IMG/VR virus record: IMGVR_UViG_2534682175_000012
DNA: 5,893 bases
Source: a virus
Taxonomy: Duplodnaviria; Heunggongvirae; Uroviricota; Caudoviricetes
Direction: 5' to 3' (one strand)
The number at the start of each line of letters is the position of its first letter. Position 1 is the first letter of the stretch. The notes under the pieces were generated by a model. That model was not told the DNA's origin, searched no databases, and saw only the letters and a program-made list of their open reading frames with translations. Below are positions 5,777 to 5,893 of the stretch, piece by piece. The translations under genes and the position numbers were made by a program.

Positions 5777-5893
5777 TCAGCCGTTAGATTTTGCGGAACT
5801 GGAAAGCGCCTGTTTAAATTCGTTGAAGCTGAGAGCTTCTTCGCCTTCGGCAAGACCTTCGAAGTATTCTTCGTAAGCCTTTTCCATGATTGT
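5777..5893 (-). CDS. Short or 5'-truncated ORF (at least 36 aa, acidic), first visible gene of the right-hand minus-strand operon
   Basis: Not in the ORF track (too short); translated by hand: ATG at 5887-5885, MEKAYEEYFEGLAEGEEALSFNEFKQALSSSAKSNG, tandem stops TGATAA at 5779-5774. The frame stays open to the window edge, so the true start may lie outside. Confidence 0.3.
   Translation of the reverse strand, partial: TIMEKAYEEYFEGLAEGEEALSFNEFKQALSSSAKSNG

Overview
This window reads as the integrase-proximal arm of a lambdoid prophage. All well-supported genes but one are on the minus strand, consistent with a leftward early operon ending in xis and int. From left to right: (1) a complete lambda-family tyrosine integrase (1-1119); (2) an overlapping Xis-like excisionase (1088-1357); (3) an 823-aa multidomain protein (1419-3890) whose C-terminal ~180 aa carry the three DEDDh (DnaQ/SbcB/RNase T-like) 3'-5' exonuclease motifs, preceded by a Cys4 zinc ribbon and a Q/N/E-rich linker encoded by degenerate tandem repeats; (4) two small translationally coupled genes with an ATGA stop/start overlap (4171-4359 and 3983-4174), the second with a signal-peptide-like N-terminus; (5) a repeat-rich ~150 bp control region bounded by a perfect 14-bp inverted repeat (4377-4524); (6) a ~300 bp GC-rich, hairpin-dense island (about 4600-4900) leading into a plus-strand 73-aa ORF (4921-5142), the only gene opposing the operon; (7) a minus-strand operon of small hypothetical proteins at the right edge (5132-5506, 5529-5747, and a short or partial ORF at 5777-5893). 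No rRNA, tRNA or CRISPR array was found, and the attachment site should lie beyond position 1. The strongest candidates for something undescribed are the structured-RNA-plus-small-ORF module, the coupled small gene pair with its symmetric operator-like region, and the unusual exonuclease fusion. All functional calls are from reading the sequence and from memory of protein families; no database search was run.
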